Origin: Antedon mediterranea
Lineage: Eukaryota; Animalia; Echinodermata
Direction: 5' to 3'
Length of the DNA: 64,000 bases
Assembly: GCF_964355755.1 (NCBI RefSeq)
Contig: NC_092674.1
Coordinates: 19,592,001 to 19,656,000 of the forward strand
This document shows, piece by piece, positions 1-13,882 of the stretch. Both the position numbers and the translations under genes were made by a program. The notes beneath the pieces were generated by a model, which saw only the letters and a list, made by a program, of their open reading frames with translations, did not search any database and was not told the DNA's origin. Every line of letters begins with the position of its first letter. Positions within the stretch are counted from its first letter, which is position 1.

Positions 1-640
1 CTACACGAATACGTTGTCTCTGGTAGCAGATCATGAAGAAGCGGACACGCGACTTGTCATGCTGCCAATGTCCGATACGACACAGTTGTAGTTGCTTCTA
101 GGGATACAGACGTACTAGTGATTCTAGTGTCTCATTACCAAAGCATGGTATCCAAATGGATGATGACAGGGACATCCAAAAAAAGAAAGTATCTATAAAA
201 GACATTTTTCAAGCCTTGCCGGATGGTTCTGCAAAAGCACTGATTCCATTCCACACTATTAGTGGATGCGATACTACCTCATATCCAGGGAAGAGTTAAA
301 TTACATTGATACATACATACAGTAATTTAACTCTTCCCTGCTCATATCTAAGTGGTCACTCAAAGGCATCGGCATGGGAAGTATTAAACAAAAATTATGA
401 ACTAATTAAAGACCTGGGAGAAACCTATCAGTGACCAAGTTATTATGAAATCGGAAAGATTCATTTGCTACGTTTACGGTGTTGGTCAAGTTAAAAGTAC
501 CAATGAAGTTTGGCATGCCATGTTTAAAAAAAAAAAACCAGGGGCATTACCTCCAACAAGCTATGCAGTGCACCAACATATAAAAAGAGCACACTTCCAA
601 GCACTCGTATGGAAAAAAGCTGTATCGCCAATATCCAGCA
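1..640 (+). pseudogene. Degenerate AcademX transposon protein fragment (XPG/PIN-like nuclease C-terminal region)
   Basis: Frameshifted pieces translate as DHEEADTRLV, DTDVLVIL, FHTISGCDTTS and LPPTSYAVHQHIKRAHFQALVW. The same motif series occurs inside the TIR-bounded Academ element at 23463-25442. Confidence 0.7.
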
Positions 641-1158
641 TTTGTTTTGTATTGTATTTTATTGTATTGTATATTGTATAAATATTTTTGGAAAGTTTCC
701 AAACTTGCAAATAACTATTCATTATTATTCGTTATATAGATGTATTGGTATGGAGTTTTTTCCGTGATTTTGTCGTAATATTTTACCTGGAAACCCATAT
801 TGTTCCAAGGCGGTGTTCGTGAGTCCGGTAGGTTATTAAAAATCGTCTTGATTACAATTCTTAAAATCTCAAAAAATCTCACAAATCCTGAACTAAATGA
901 TTAAGTTTACAGTACTATAGATAAGAGAGAATTAAGAGAAGAGGACAGTTTGATGGATATCTGTGGATATTTCTAGCTTTTTATATTATTTTTCTAGACT
1001 ATACCTAGGCCTAGGCTAGGCATAGCCTCTGTGGCAACGGTGTCGACCCATGATATACACCAGGGAATAGAAGCCTCATACCCATTCTTCTCATTGGGTA
1101 GTAACAAAGTGCGAGGCAGCGAGGCACGCGATGCAGGGAAGGCATGCGAGGCAAGTCA

Positions 1159-3375
1159 AGGCTGGTTTCCTGTCGACGTAAGAAGTCGAATTTTGCAACG
1201 ATTCTTGCGTTTCATACGTTTCTTACGTCTCTTACGAAAGTTGAGAAAAAATTGACGTCGTTGACGTTAGTCAAGATCGTGAGAAACCGCAGAGAAACAT
1301 CTGTAGTTATGCTGCTCCCGAAAGTTGAAATTTTGGCTGTGAAACACACGTCGTATGCTTACGTCGATTTTAGTGTTGTTACGAAAGTTGAAATTTTTTT
1401 CTTACGTCGGTCGGATTTATGACGTATTTGAAACAACATCTCTGATTAGTGTTTCTTTTTAGAGCGGGTTTTATCATTTTTCGCGCAAAATGTTGAATGT
1501 TGTTATTGTAGCCTACCTGTCAGTGCAGCACACCAACATGTTATTTTCAGTAGATAAGCTAGGCCCTAGTATTAGTAAAATACTTAATTAATACTGTACG
1601 GTACCGTAGGCTACTAATAGGAATTGATTTGACCAAATAATCAAACTAGCCTAGGCTAGTAGGCCTATGTATTATTTGTATGAATCAAAATATGAATTAA
1701 TTATCCTGGTCCTCTAGGCCTAGCCTTAAATAGTTTTCAAAATTAAAAAAAGGCAAATCATTTCGAGATTCCTATTATTATTAGACCTACCTAGGCCCTA
1801 GACTAGGCATTGGCCTATTGGCCTATAAGCATATCTAATCGAGCATGAGATAGTACTACCGCAGTAAGATACCCATTATTTACAGGCCTACAGTATAATC
1901 TATATATAAATTTACGTAAGGGCAAAATTCGGTAAATCGCGCTTTACTTCTAGAATTTTTACTCGATGGTATATAAAGTTGGTTCGTACTTTCGGTACTG
2001 ATTTTAACCACCTGATGTAACCCTGTTTACTAATTAAATTAAGTTAGATAATTAGTTATTGACGATTAAAACGAATTTAGGTTCAACGATTTGCCCCAAA
2101 TAGGGGTGTTTTCCGATCGTGGTATACACTGTCTAATAATGGATGTCCATCTTGAAAAATACCCGCCACAAAAATGCGAGGAGGCTTCGCATTTTCCTAT
2201 CTCCTCCTACGATAATTGTTTTTAATAGCTGAAAACCGGTTGAACAGCTAGAGTACAGCATCATAATGTTGAAGACAGGCCGATTTTCTTTAAAAAATAC
2301 TATTTTGATTTAATATACGATTATACAAATGTATTGATTTGCGAAGAATGGAACATCCCAATCTCTCAGTCTGCCAGAGTTTGGTTTAACACAAGTAGGT
2401 AAATTTATGAGCCCTTGGTTTAACACATACGGTAGGTAAATATATGGGCCCTTTGAGAATAAACTTGAACAATACTGTAAATACCTATTATAATTACCTA
2501 TTTTTGGTCCTCATTTGAATCGAACATTTCTTACTGTGAATGTTCGTACTGTTAGATGTAATATAAAAATATATACAAATAAACTTATTACTGAGATTGT
2601 GGATAGGCTCTACTGTTAGATATATAAACACATTATTATATACAAATAACCTATACTGACAGTTCCTTCTCAACGTTTGTATTAATTAATAATTACCAAA
2701 AATATAAACGTCGTAGTAGTGTATCGTGACTATATTTCAATCGATTATGACAGTGACAGTTTTAACAAAGTATTAAATCGCAAATGTTTACTGTATTTAG
2801 AGGTATATTATTTATAGGCCTATAAAACATGAAAACAATATTTCGTTACTGAGTGCATAAAGAATATATTTAAAAATTGTTCCTCTTTGCATCTATCCGC
2901 TTTCCCATCTCTCAACCCTAAAACTCCCTGATTAGAACATGATTAGGCTAAAATTATAGTAGTAAATACATACAAATGTTATTGTCCGGCTTTATTTCAC
3001 TATAAGGACATACACATTACGTCATAACTCTTGTCGCTCATTGGTTGCTTGTTACGATTGCGCTTACGTCTCTTGCGAAAGTTGACTTCAAGTCAACTTT
3101 CGTAAGAGACGTAAGAAACGTGACGCAAGGGCGTTCATTCAAGCGTAAGATAAAAAATCCCGGTTTCCTGTAAAATCGGAAGAAAACGTCGTAACGCAAC
3201 AATGGTTAGGTCATCGGTTTCCTGTAAAATCGTTTGTCGTTACCATTTTTCTTACGTTGCGTCGATTTTATAAATTTCCGATCGTAATCGGTTTCCTGTA
3301 AAATCCGCATTTCTTACGACAAATCGACGTAGTCGCAACAAAAGTGATGTTCTTACGTCGACAGGAAACCAGCCT
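1159..3375. mobile_element. PIF/Harbinger-like non-autonomous element nested in the left TIR of the MULE-like element
   Basis: TIR aggctggtttcctgtcgacgtaagaa / ttcttacgtcgacaggaaaccagcct; 3-bp TSD TCA at 1156-1158 and 3376-3378; repeated ggtttcctgtaaaatc motifs near the right end. Confidence 0.85.
1899..2251 (+). mobile_element. Possible short non-autonomous Helitron
   Basis: Starts a|TCTATATATAAA and ends CAGCTAG after a weak palindrome (aaccggtt). The base after CTAG is A rather than the canonical T. Confidence 0.3.
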
Positions 3376-3495
3376 TCAGAAATTTATGCGAGGCATCGTT
3401 TTACCATCATCAAAAAATGCGAGGCATCATTTTATCATTTCTCAAAATTGCAAGGCAGGAAATCACCGAAATTGAAGTAGCCTAGGCCCGCTAGG

Positions 3496-4335
3496 CTAGT
3501 TTCCTTTTGCACCTGCCTTGTATTTTAACCAACTTTATCCTGAATACCACAGCTTAGAATTAGTAGGCCTACTTTAATGAAGAAAAATCACATAAAAGTA
3601 ACAATAAATCCATTAAATTGGTGATTTTACAGACGTTGTTTTTCTCGCATTTCGCACACTCAATGTTCAATATTTTGGTTTCTATGGAACGCCAAAAGAG
3701 CAAAATTAATTAGAGGGCTAAAAACTCTGTGGAATCAATTTATATTTAACGCATTATTTGGTGAAAATCAAGTACAATTTCAATAGATTTTGTCACTGTC
3801 AGTAAGGAAAAATGTTACTGTTCACCGGTGTACTGTTGATAATGTACACGGTTTCGGTAACCTTTTAAAGAATAAAATAGAAACATTCATCATAATATCC
3901 TTAGTAGGATGTCCTAGGTCTAGACTAGGTAGTGATGTTGATTTAGGATCGATTATTATTCTTTGAAAACAGAACAGTATCAGCAGTAACATATTACAGC
4001 ATTTTTATTGACAAATTAACAAATATATTGAAATAAAACGTGTTTTTCACCAATAAATGCATGAGAAATTGACGCATTCCACTGAGTTTTAGTCCTCTAT
4101 TATCGTTGCTCTTTTGGCGCTCCATAGAAACAAAAATATTGAACATTGAATAAGTGAAATTCGCGAACAGTGTGCGAGAAACACGCCTGTAAAATCATTA
4201 ATTTAAGGATTTATTTGTTACTTTTTATGTGATTCTTTCATTAAAGTACTCATGAGGTATACTTCTAAGGTGTGGTATTCACACGATAAAGTTAGTTATC
4301 AAATTTGGAGTAAAAATACAAGCGAAGGAAACTAG
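3496..4335. mobile_element. Foldback/MITE-like element with ~330-bp imperfect inverted arms
   Basis: Ends ctagtttcctt / aaggaaactag. The arms match internally, e.g. caatgttcaatattttggtttctatggaacgccaaaagagcaa versus ttgctcttttggcgctccatagaaacaaaaatattgaacattg. No clean TSD. Confidence 0.75.
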
Positions 4336-5420
4336 CGCCAGGTTTATTAGTACGTACATGGACAACAATAAATAAAAATCGTTCGTAATATACCTAGCTT
4401 ACTAAAACAGGAATAGTGTATCATTATTAAATATTACACCAATTATTATTATATCAAAATTGATTAAATTATCTTCTACATAGGCCTCTTATCTAGGTTA
4501 GGGCTAAGCATATTAGCTAAAGTTTAATTTTAGGCCTAGTATTACAATTGTCGGACGTAAGTCTTTTTTCACACGCGCTCCAGAATTCTGTCGCAATTTT
4601 TTTCTTTGCGGCATGTTATTGGATCGGCATATCAGTTACCTTTTATTCACAGCCAGTTATTGAACTTGTCCTGGCAATCGCTGTTCACCTTATTTGCGAG
4701 AGAGGTACACGTGTTGTTCCTAGAGAATGGAATGTCAAAAATGTCTTTGGCACGCCGCTCAGAGAGAAGTCTGTGCGTTGCTGCTGAAACCACGTGCTAT
4801 AGGAGGGGAATGCACCACAATCCTCTGAGCTGAGGGCTGAATCATTCCGCTACCTGCTAAATAGTAAAGAGGGATTTTCCATCTCTCGGGTCTACTGGAT
4901 CTAGGCGCAGGGGTGTGACAAAATATTATTTTCACTCTGCTTTGTTCGAGAGACATGTGAGTGAACACGCTCGAAATGCCAACAAACATTGCAGTCATTT
5001 GATGAGTGTGTCGCTATAACAATTATTGTTTATCGAAAGTTGAAGACTGTCGTTCAGATTTTTGAACCGTAGTTTGGGCACTTTTGTAAAAGTAAAAGTT
5101 GACACGATATGACTTGAATGAAAAAACAATCGTTACATAAAATAAACAACATGATGAGTGTATACATGAATCTATTTAGATACGCTTGTATCGATTGATT
5201 ATTAGGCCTATAATATAGCATAATAGCACGTTAAGATATGCCTCGCACCTTTTTGAAATTGTAAACTATATGCCTCGCATGCCTCGCACTTTTGGAAATG
5301 ATAAAATGATGCCTCGCACAAATATTTGGCATGCCTCGCTTGCCTCGCGTACCTCACTGCCTCGCACTTTGTCAACACTCCTTCTCATTGCCCTTCTCTG
5401 GGCCTAGCCAGTTGACGTGC

Positions 5421-5745
5421 ATGATGGATGTAGGTTGTCGTTATTGTTACAAACATATTGAGAACACCCCGCTTATTTTATGTTCCAGCTGTCTCAATGA
5501 ATATCATCAGCGTTGCCAGGGAGTGACAGATATTGACTTTAATGATATTATTTCATCAAGAAAAGAATGGATTTGTCTGAAATGTGTCCTTCCACATAAT
5601 GCTTCGTTTTTTGATGGATCAGCTGGTACTTGCAGCAGTGAGTCTTCAAACAGTGTGGTTTCTCCCAGTACACAACAACTTACTGGACTGCTGTATAACG
5701 CCAGAAGTGTCTGCAATAAATTAACAGAGTTGCAGCTTCTCGTGT
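5421..5745 (+). pseudogene. LINE fragment: PHD finger followed by the start of an APE endonuclease, 3'-truncated
   Basis: CxxC...CxxC..xHxxC...WxCxxC (CRYC...CSSCLNEYHQRC...WICLKC), then LLYNARSVCNKLTELQLL, the first APE motif. It abuts an opposite-strand ORF1. Confidence 0.7.
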
Positions 5746-6395
5746 ATAAAGGTATCGGTACCTTTCAGTTTTCTTTTTGCTTTATAAACTTCATTTCTTT
5801 TATTGTATTGAGCGAACTTCACAATAACTCCCCGGGGCTTGCCGTTACTTGGTTTCTTGGGGCCTAGTCTGTGACTCCTATCAATGTCATTATGATTCAC
5901 CGTAAGGTTCATTTTAGAACTAAATAATTGTGTAACAATATTATCGATATTCTCACCTACTTTCTCCTCCAGTCCGTGTATCACCAAACAGTTCCTCCTG
6001 GAATATTGTTCACTTTCATCCAGTGATTCCCTAATGTCCTCGATTTCCTGTTCCATTTTCTTCATGCGATCATTCGACTCGTCAAGTTCAAATCTAAGAG
6101 CATCCATAGTGGCTTTACTAACAATTTGCATAATATGCTCAGCCAGTTGGTCCTTGATCATCGATGTTATTTGTTTCGCTAAGTTATCCAATATGTCCGA
6201 TTTGCCATCAAATAAGAGTTTCAATTCAGATTGGATAATGCCAGCGATTTCCTTAGAGTCTATGTCGCAATTGGACTTATCTAATTTATCATTAAGGCAA
6301 GGGATGCCTTTTCCTTCAGCCTCTTTTTGGTTACGACGTGGCCTGGCTGCAGGCGAATCGTCCCTCTGTCCTCCTTTTGGCTTACCACCGCCCAT
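5721..6395 (-). pseudogene. LINE ORF1 (coiled coil plus L1/transposase-22-like RRM), CR1/L2 group, 3'-truncated
   Basis: ATG at 6395 (MGGGKPKG); motifs LDESEQYSRRNCLVIHGLEE, DIDRSHRLG and GVIVKF; no downstream ORF2. Confidence 0.8.
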
Positions 6396-6559
6396 GTTGC
6401 GGGCAAATAAAACACTGAAATCGAGTAAACAAAATTCCTTGAGGTAAATGAACAATAGTAAACGTAGGTTGCGACTATGTGTAACAATGCATTCAGCTGG
6501 TGTGACACGTGAAATGTTTGATTTCCAGGAGCGATTATTCGACACGTCTTACTCGCGTC

Positions 6560-6998
6560 GCTTCTCGATAGTATTCTAGTAGGATTCTTGTCCTTCATTC
6601 TTGCCAAGAACGTTAATGGGTTGTGGTCAAACAAAACTACAATTGGAAACGGAGTAGATCCAAGATACACTTCAAAGTGTTTGTCAACACCATTCTCGTC
6701 TGTTTGCGCCAACACAGCACCAGAACCAACATCACTGGCATCGATCATTAACGAGAGCTGTTTATCAAATTGTGGAGTCATCAACACCGGTTCGTTTGAT
6801 AACATCGCTTTTACTTTAATGAACAAATTATTTGCATTCCTCCAACCACACAAAGCTCGCATTCTTGTTCAGCAGATTCGTTAATGGAGCTACAAGCATT
6901 GAGAAACTTCTGCAAAAACGTCGATAAAACCCAGCCATTCCCAGGAACCGCATTAACTCCTGATTACTCTTTGGAACTGGGAAATCACAGACTGCCTT
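6560..6998 (-). pseudogene. Distal RT-connection/RNase H piece of the Gmr1-like Gypsy pol
   Basis: KAVCDFPVPKSNQELMRFLGMAGFYRRF, IDASDVGSGAVLAQ and DHNPLTFL. It continues the reading that stops at KVKPLSA (~12425). Confidence 0.85.
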
Positions 6999-7000
6999 AA

Positions 7001-7620
7001 AGACCCCTTCCTGCAATTTTGGACGTTTTTTGGAAAATAATACATATATATCACTTTAAAAACATTAAACCATGTCATTCCTTGTCTTAAATGTACGTTT
7101 TATGGTAAATTATGATAAAAAGTGAGAAACAATGCACTACCTAAGTAGCTCGCGGCGATCGACCTCTCTGACGTTGTATAGTTGCTGCATTAATTGTCTT
7201 TCTATTTTTGCCAGACTCCGTTGATAAAAATTGGGGAAAACCCGGTATTTTCGCTGAAAAGTTAGGAGTCTTCCATTTGTTTTGGCCTCACGATCGATCG
7301 AAAAGTGGGCGAATTACAGGTGAAAAAACAAAAATATCAATCCGCGCGCAATGCATTTTGGGATTTATAGCGGGCCGCTATAATTATTAGAATCGACTTA
7401 TTTTTCACATTTTTAACCGTTTAAAGACGAAAAAAGTTATCGCAATAGGACCATATAGTATTATTTTTACATTAATAAATATAGTTTGTGATCTTAAATT
7501 AGATCTAAAAAACGTAGGGAATGGGGCTTTAATCATATTTGACCATGATTCGATCGGAGTAAGACGCTTACACAACGAGCTCCTGAAACGCACTACTTAG
7601 CATATTAATTTTCTCTAGGC
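7001..7620. mobile_element. One end of a TTAA-inserting DNA transposon (Kolobok-like), truncated
   Basis: Gypsy coding sequence stops exactly at TTAA (6997-7000), followed by AGACCCCTTCC. No matching right TIR was found, so the right boundary is approximate. Confidence 0.4.
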
Positions 7621-7639
7621 CAATCACGACAAGCCATGT

Positions 7640-8327
7640 CACGATCTACACGAGCAAATACCAAGCCCGCTTAATTCGAAAGCGAAGACCAGCTATCGTT
7701 TGAATCGTTTGTTAAAAAAAAACTTGAATCGATTTTAAAAGGCCAAGAATCTAATAAAGCTGAGCTTTACGAAGCAATATCGTTTAATTCTGCTAGAATA
7801 GATGCCCTTGAAGATGAAAACAAGGAATTAAAAACGACTGTCACAGAGCTGACAACAACAGTTGCTAATTTACAAGGTAGTACAACTGACCTGTTGGCAA
7901 AAATTAACAAGACGGAACGCTTTTCTCGTCGTAATAACGTAAGAATTGTTTGTGTGGAAGAGAACACAAAAGAAAACTGTAAGTTAATCTTTGAGAACAT
8001 TCTTTCCGATTTTTTCACACTCGATCCCAGGCCAACAATCGAACGGGCCCACCGAGATGGTAAAAGTATGAACGGCAAGCCAAGGCATATCATTGCCCGT
8101 TTTCTCTCATACGCTTCTAAGATTGAAGTTATGAAACAACAAAGTTCTGCACTAGATAGCCAGAAATTTTATATCATAGATGATCTTCTGCTGCCGATGT
8201 ACTGGAAAAAAAGAAATGGAGATCACAAGTAAAAGAGATGTACAATAAAGGTACCAAACTTCGTTTTACGGCTGGAAAATGGCGAACTTCAACTGGCATT
8301 CCGGTAAACTTTTCGAAATTCCATTGA
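7640..8327 (+). pseudogene. LINE ORF1, frameshifted
   Basis: Coiled coil, then ERFSRRNNVRIVCVEE, IERAHRDGK and PRHIIARFLSY. Confidence 0.75.
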
Positions 8328-8783
8328 AATAGTTCCGGTAAACTTTTCGAAATTCCATTGCCATACCAGTGATCGGAATGTTGTTGTAAACACTTGGACT
8401 GTCTAAGAAACATTTCTTCTTTACAAATTCAATCCATTATTAAATTTTACAACAGACTAAGAATCTTTTATCCATTATTTTCCTTACATCTGCATACTTA
8501 GCTTAATTTGTATAAGCCTCTTGATTGATTTTATATAATAATTTTACAATAGCGTTTTCAGGAGTCTGTTCTCACATAATTGCATTGTCATAAGATGTTT
8601 AAACCACTTAAAACCATTTATTCACCTTTGTTTTATTGTTACCCCCCCCCCCCCCCCCAATTCTTAACTTGTTTCTTTATATTTACGTTCTTGTACTTTT
8701 CTGTTTTTACGTAACATTACCAGGCATCTTTTATTACATACTATTGAATAAACTGATCACATTATGTATCGTTAGATATTCTC

Positions 8784-11700
8784 ATGGACCCTTTTGACAA
8801 TATAGATGCATTCCCATTTAATCACATTATTGATAATGATGAATTCTTGCATGTCATTCACTATTACTTTTGTGACGATAGAATTGACTTTGATAGATTT
8901 AATTCTTTAATTTTTAACCCTTTTGATATTAATTTTAAAGATGTTATTAATGACAACGATGCCCAATTATTTTCCGAAAATATTGAATCTTGTGCCTATG
9001 AATATATCGATAGTCTTAACAACAAATATTCAACACAAGATTATTCATTTAGTATCTTTCACTTAAACGCACGCAGTCTTGTTAAACATTGTAACGATAT
9101 CAATGTATGCGTAGGTGCTATTAACCATGAATTCTCAGCACTATGCTTCACCGAAACTTTTTTTAATCATAATACGCCTTTTTCCTTTTATAATATTCCC
9201 AATTATAACCTCTTGCATGTTTCACGAGCTGATAGACCAGGAGGAGGCGTTGCCATTTACCTACACCAGAGATTTAAATATATTCTTCGCCCTGATTTAT
9301 CATTTATCATTACTAATGGTTCGGAATCTCTTTTCATTGAAATCGATGCACAACCCAAAAACATAATCCTTGGAGTAGTATATCGTTTGCCTGAATTATC
9401 CATTAACACATTTAATAAAGATATCTCTAATTTAATTGACACCATTAATAATGAGAAAAAAACAGCATATATTTCAGGAGACTTTAATATTAACTTGTTA
9501 AATTCCAAAACACATAAAGGTACTTCTGATTTTGTTAATACTTTATTTCAATCAAATTATTATCCTCTTATTACTAGGCCAACTAGAATTACGCGTAATT
9601 CTGCAACTTTAATCGACAATATTTTTTGTAATAATCTATACGATAACATTTCTTCCGGAATTCTATATTCGGACATCTTGGATCACTTTCCTGTTTTCTT
9701 GTTAGTACATAAATCAGAACCTCTCCAACACCTGAAACCTAAATCAAAATATATATACATAAAAAAAGTCAATGATATTTCAATTTCTGCCTTAAGTAAG
9801 TAATGATTTGTCAAATGTTGACTGGACTAGTATTTATAACTCCAATGAACCCAATGAGGCATACGCTTTATTCAACGACATATTTAGTACATTATATAAT
9901 AACAACATTAAAACCACTCGTTCCAGACGCAATATTCGGAAAGAAAAAAAAACCTTGGATAACTAAATGCTTAATTAAATCTATCGACAAAAAACACAAA
10001 TTATATAGAACATTTCTTATATCTAAAAAGCAAAAGGACAAAGATAAATATGTTAAATATCGAAATGTACTTACCAAAATCCTTCGTACTGCCCAAAAGA
10101 ATTACTTCAGTGACAAATTTGAATTCCATTAAAATAACATCCAAAAAACCTGGCAAACAATAAATGGAGTCCTTGGCAAGAAATCTCGTAAACCGTTTCC
10201 TTCTCACTTTATTAACAATGACATTGAATTAAATAATCCTCAACAAATTGCAACTGAATTCAATAATTATTTTACTAGTATAGGGCCAAATTTAGTTAAC
10301 AAAATACATGTGTTGGATAATGATAATTATACTTCTACCCTACCTCGTCCATGTGTGCACTCTCTCTTTCTTAGTCCTGTAACCGAACATGAAGTTGTCA
10401 GTATAATACTTTCCCTCAAAGATAATAAATCTCCTGGGTTTGATGGGTTTTCCAATAAAATTATTAAACGTGTTTCTAATTTTATATGCAAACCCTTAAC
10501 TCGCATTTTTAATAATTCCTTTCAAACCGGTATTTTTCCTGATTCTTTTAAAATAGCTAAAGTCATCCCTATCTACAAGAAAGAAGATTCTCATCATTTC
10601 AATAACTACAGACCAATCTCCCTACTTCCTTGTTTCTCAAAATTAATTGAAAAAATAATGCATAATCGAATTTCTTCCTTTTTAACTAAACATAACATTT
10701 TATTTAAAGGCCAATATGGTTTCAGGAAAAAGTATTCAACAGATCTTGCTTTATTAGATATTTTTGACAAAATTACAATTGCCCTGAGTAAAAATGAGTT
10801 TTCTGTTGGCATTTTCCTTGATTTATCTAAGGCCTTCGATACTATTAACCACGATATTTTAATTCATAAACTTTCAAATTACGGTATCAGAGGCCTTCCT
10901 TTAAAACTAATTAAAAGCTACCTTTTCAATCGTGTTCAGTTTACTTCCTTAAATAATTTTAACTCTTCCTATTCCCGTTTAACCTGTGGTGTTCCCCAAG
11001 GATCGATTCTTGGACCACTCTTATTCCTGATTTTTGTTAACGATATACCAAACAGCTCTAAATTACTAAATTTTATCTTATTTGCTGACGACACAAATAT
11101 TTTTTTCTCTCATCCTAAATTAAATACCTTGTTTAAAATTGTCAATGATGAGTTACTTAAAGTTTCAAATTGGCTCAAACACAATAAATTAACTCTTAAT
11201 ACATTCAAGACGAACTATATAATATTTTCTAAACGTAAAATTTCAAATTCTTTAAATGAACAAATATGCATTGATAATAAAATGATCAAACGAGTTAATG
11301 AAACACAATTTTAAGGAGTAACCATAGATGCCTCTCTGACTTGGAAACTACATATAAATAAAATCAGTAATCTAGTTTCTAGAAATGTTGGAATATTGAA
11401 CAAATTAAAACATATCTTCCCTCAAAAAACCTTATTAACCCTTTATAATACTTTAGTTTTGCCTTACCGTTCTTATGCCAATTTATGTTGGGCAATTACT
11501 CTAGATAAATTTATGCCCCTGGACAAGTCTAGAGAAAACTCAAATTGACCGCCTTTTTAAACTACAAAAACGTGCACTTCGGATTTGCGCGGGAGAATCA
11601 TTTAGAGCCCATACAAAATTACTTTTTAAAAGATTTAACGTTTTAAACATTTATGATTTAAATAAATTACAAGTTGCCTCATTTATGTACCGTTTATCTA

Positions 11701-11948
11701 ACAATTTACTGCCTTCACATTTTAATGCTTTATTTACAAGAATTGACGAACGCCATTCCTATAAAACCCGATCCTCTGTTAACAATTATATCCTTGATAA
11801 TTTAAATGTTAAGGCTCGACGATTTTCTATGTATTATTTTGGTCCCAAACTTTGGACTTCACTCTCAAATGAACTTAAACAGAAATCTTCCTTTTCTAGT
11901 TTTAAATCTAATTTCAAACACAAAATGGTGTCAGAATATGCTACATAA
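8784..11948 (+). pseudogene. LINE ORF2 (APE endonuclease plus reverse transcriptase), disrupted
   Basis: APE motifs HLNARSL, FTET, GDFN, TLIDNIF, LDHFP; RT motifs NYRPISLL, QYGFR, FLDLSKAFD, GVPQGSILGP, FADDT. Frameshifts near 9800, 10130, 11312 and 11530. Confidence 0.92.
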
Positions 11949-12337
11949 TTTTTCGCCGATCTTTTATCCTTATTTATTTGGTGGTGATACATGGCATTAA
12001 ATCCTTCACCCTGGTATTCAATAATCTCCGCTACATTGTATCGTTATACTTGTTATTATACCATATTTAATTATATTTCATATTGTACTCTAATTGTTAT
12101 CATTATCCCTTTTATCATATATTATATAATTGCCTGGTTTATCTTAACTTCTATAATTTAAATTTTTTTAATTTCTTTATTTTATGTACTTTCACTATTA
12201 TATATTCATATTTTAGTCTACTCTGTAGCAATGTTAGTATACTTATAGGCATACGGGAGTCACGACTTAAAGTTCAGTGAACTTACTTACTGTGACTTCC
12301 ATCCACTCACATTTAATATACGTTATGTAAATGTAAA

Positions 12338-12370
<33 letters not shown>

Positions 12371-13703
12371 CTAAGTGAGTGGAAAAAATAAATAAACGAA
12401 ACGAAAATTAAAAAATAAACGAAGCACTTAATGGTTTCACTTTTCCGCAACCAACTTTATGACCTAAGAACACAATTTCTGCACAGGAAAACTCACTTTT
12501 CACCAAATTTACTGTCAACTTCGCAGCTGATAACCTCTCAAACAATGCCTTAATTCTCTGCACATGAACATCCCATGTATCACTATAAACAACCAAATCG
12601 TCTATATAAGCTTCACAGCCCTCCAACCCTGAAATTATACCATTAACCAATCTCTGGAACGTGGCTGGTGCGTTTTTTAAACCGAAAGGCATGACTTTAT
12701 ATTGATAAAGACCCATAGGAGTTACAAAAGCTGACACTTCTTTCGCACGCTCTGTTAAAGGAATTTGCCAGTTACCCTTTAGAATATCAAATTTACTGAC
12801 AAACTTAGCACTACTCACACGATCAATACAGTCGTCTATCCTCGGTATAGGATATGAATCTGTAGTAGATTTAGCATTAACCTTCCGATAATCAGTACAA
12901 AAACGATACGATTTATCTGGCTTCTGAACTAATATACATGGAGAACTCTAAGTACTGCAACTAGGCTCGATTATATCATTCTTAATCCTGTAATCAATCT
13001 CATTTTGTAATATCTTCTTTGTTTTATTGGTGAACAATCAGCTGTCTTAACATCATGCTCCACTAAGTTCGTTCGACCTGGAACATCCGAAAACAACTGC
13101 AGATTTCCAAATATCAAACTAACAATTTCAACCTTACGATCACGAGATAAATGACCAACTTTCTCTTCAATGTTTGCAAGGACATCTGAATTACTGAACT
13201 TAACACATGTATCAGGATCTCCAAACTCTTCAGAATTCTCTTCAACAACACACGTAACTGGTGTTGGCGTACAGGTATCACTATTATTTCTCGCTGTGTA
13301 TGGTTTCAACATGTTTATATATGACACAGTCGCTTCTTCTTACGCCTATCTGGAGTATCTAACACATAGTCAACTTCTCCTACTCTTTCTACTACTTTGT
13401 AAGGACCTGCAAATCTTGCAGATAATGGTTGACTGTGAAGAGGCAGCATAACTAACACTTCATCACCTGAAATAAAGCTTCTCTTTTCTGATTTCCTATC
13501 AAACAATCTCTTCATTTTACCCTGAGCCTTCACAAAATTCTTTCTAGCCATCTCACGAGCATGATTTAATCGATCACGAAATTCAGACACATGATCTAGT
13601 ATCGATACAGACTCTTCTGCATTCCCTAACAGCCTTTCTTTGACTATTTTAAGAGGGCCTCGGACCGAATGACCATACACAACTCAAATGGGCTAAACCC
13701 TAA

Positions 13704-13882
13704 AGCTTGGTTCCCACTAGAACTCAACGCAAGGACGTAAACGCAACGCAAGCGTTTTAACCAATGACAAGCGAAGTTATAGACAGTTAGCAATCAAAAG
13801 CGAATAAGCCATCACTTGTGATTGGTCAATTCACTTGCGTTGCGTTACGTTCTTGCGTTGCGTCGCTAATGGGAACCACGCT
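13704..13882. mobile_element. Harbinger-type MITE inserted in the integrase
   Basis: TIR agcttggttcccactag / ctaatgggaaccacgct; TSD TAA at 13701-13703 and 13883-13885. Removing it rejoins ESL-GFSPFE. Confidence 0.9.

Larger units (their letters stand above)
1096..5380. mobile_element. Non-autonomous DNA transposon, MULE/Mutator-like, with GCGAGGCA-rich subterminal repeats
   Basis: Imperfect TIRs (gggtagtaacaaagtgcgaggcag / ctgcctcgcactttgtcaacactc); 9-bp TSD CTTCTCATT at 1087-1095 and 5381-5389. The left TIR region resumes at ~3379 after a nested insertion. Confidence 0.8.
7620..12422 (+). mobile_element. Near full-length CR1/L2-group (Crack-like) LINE, inactivated
   Basis: Degenerate ORF1, then an APE-RT ORF2, then an AT-rich 3' UTR ending AATAAA plus (AAACG)n-like tail at ~12385-12422, where Gypsy RT sequence resumes. 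Confidence 0.85.

Noticed and set aside
5331-5867. Host PHD-finger gene
   Set aside because: The ORF begins in a transposon TIR, the PHD runs into a LINE endonuclease motif, and the tail is antisense LINE ORF1.
8298-8360. Short direct duplication ttccggtaaacttttcgaaattccattg (a similar one at ~19246-19293)
   Set aside because: Local slippage-type duplication in decayed elements, with no sign of function.
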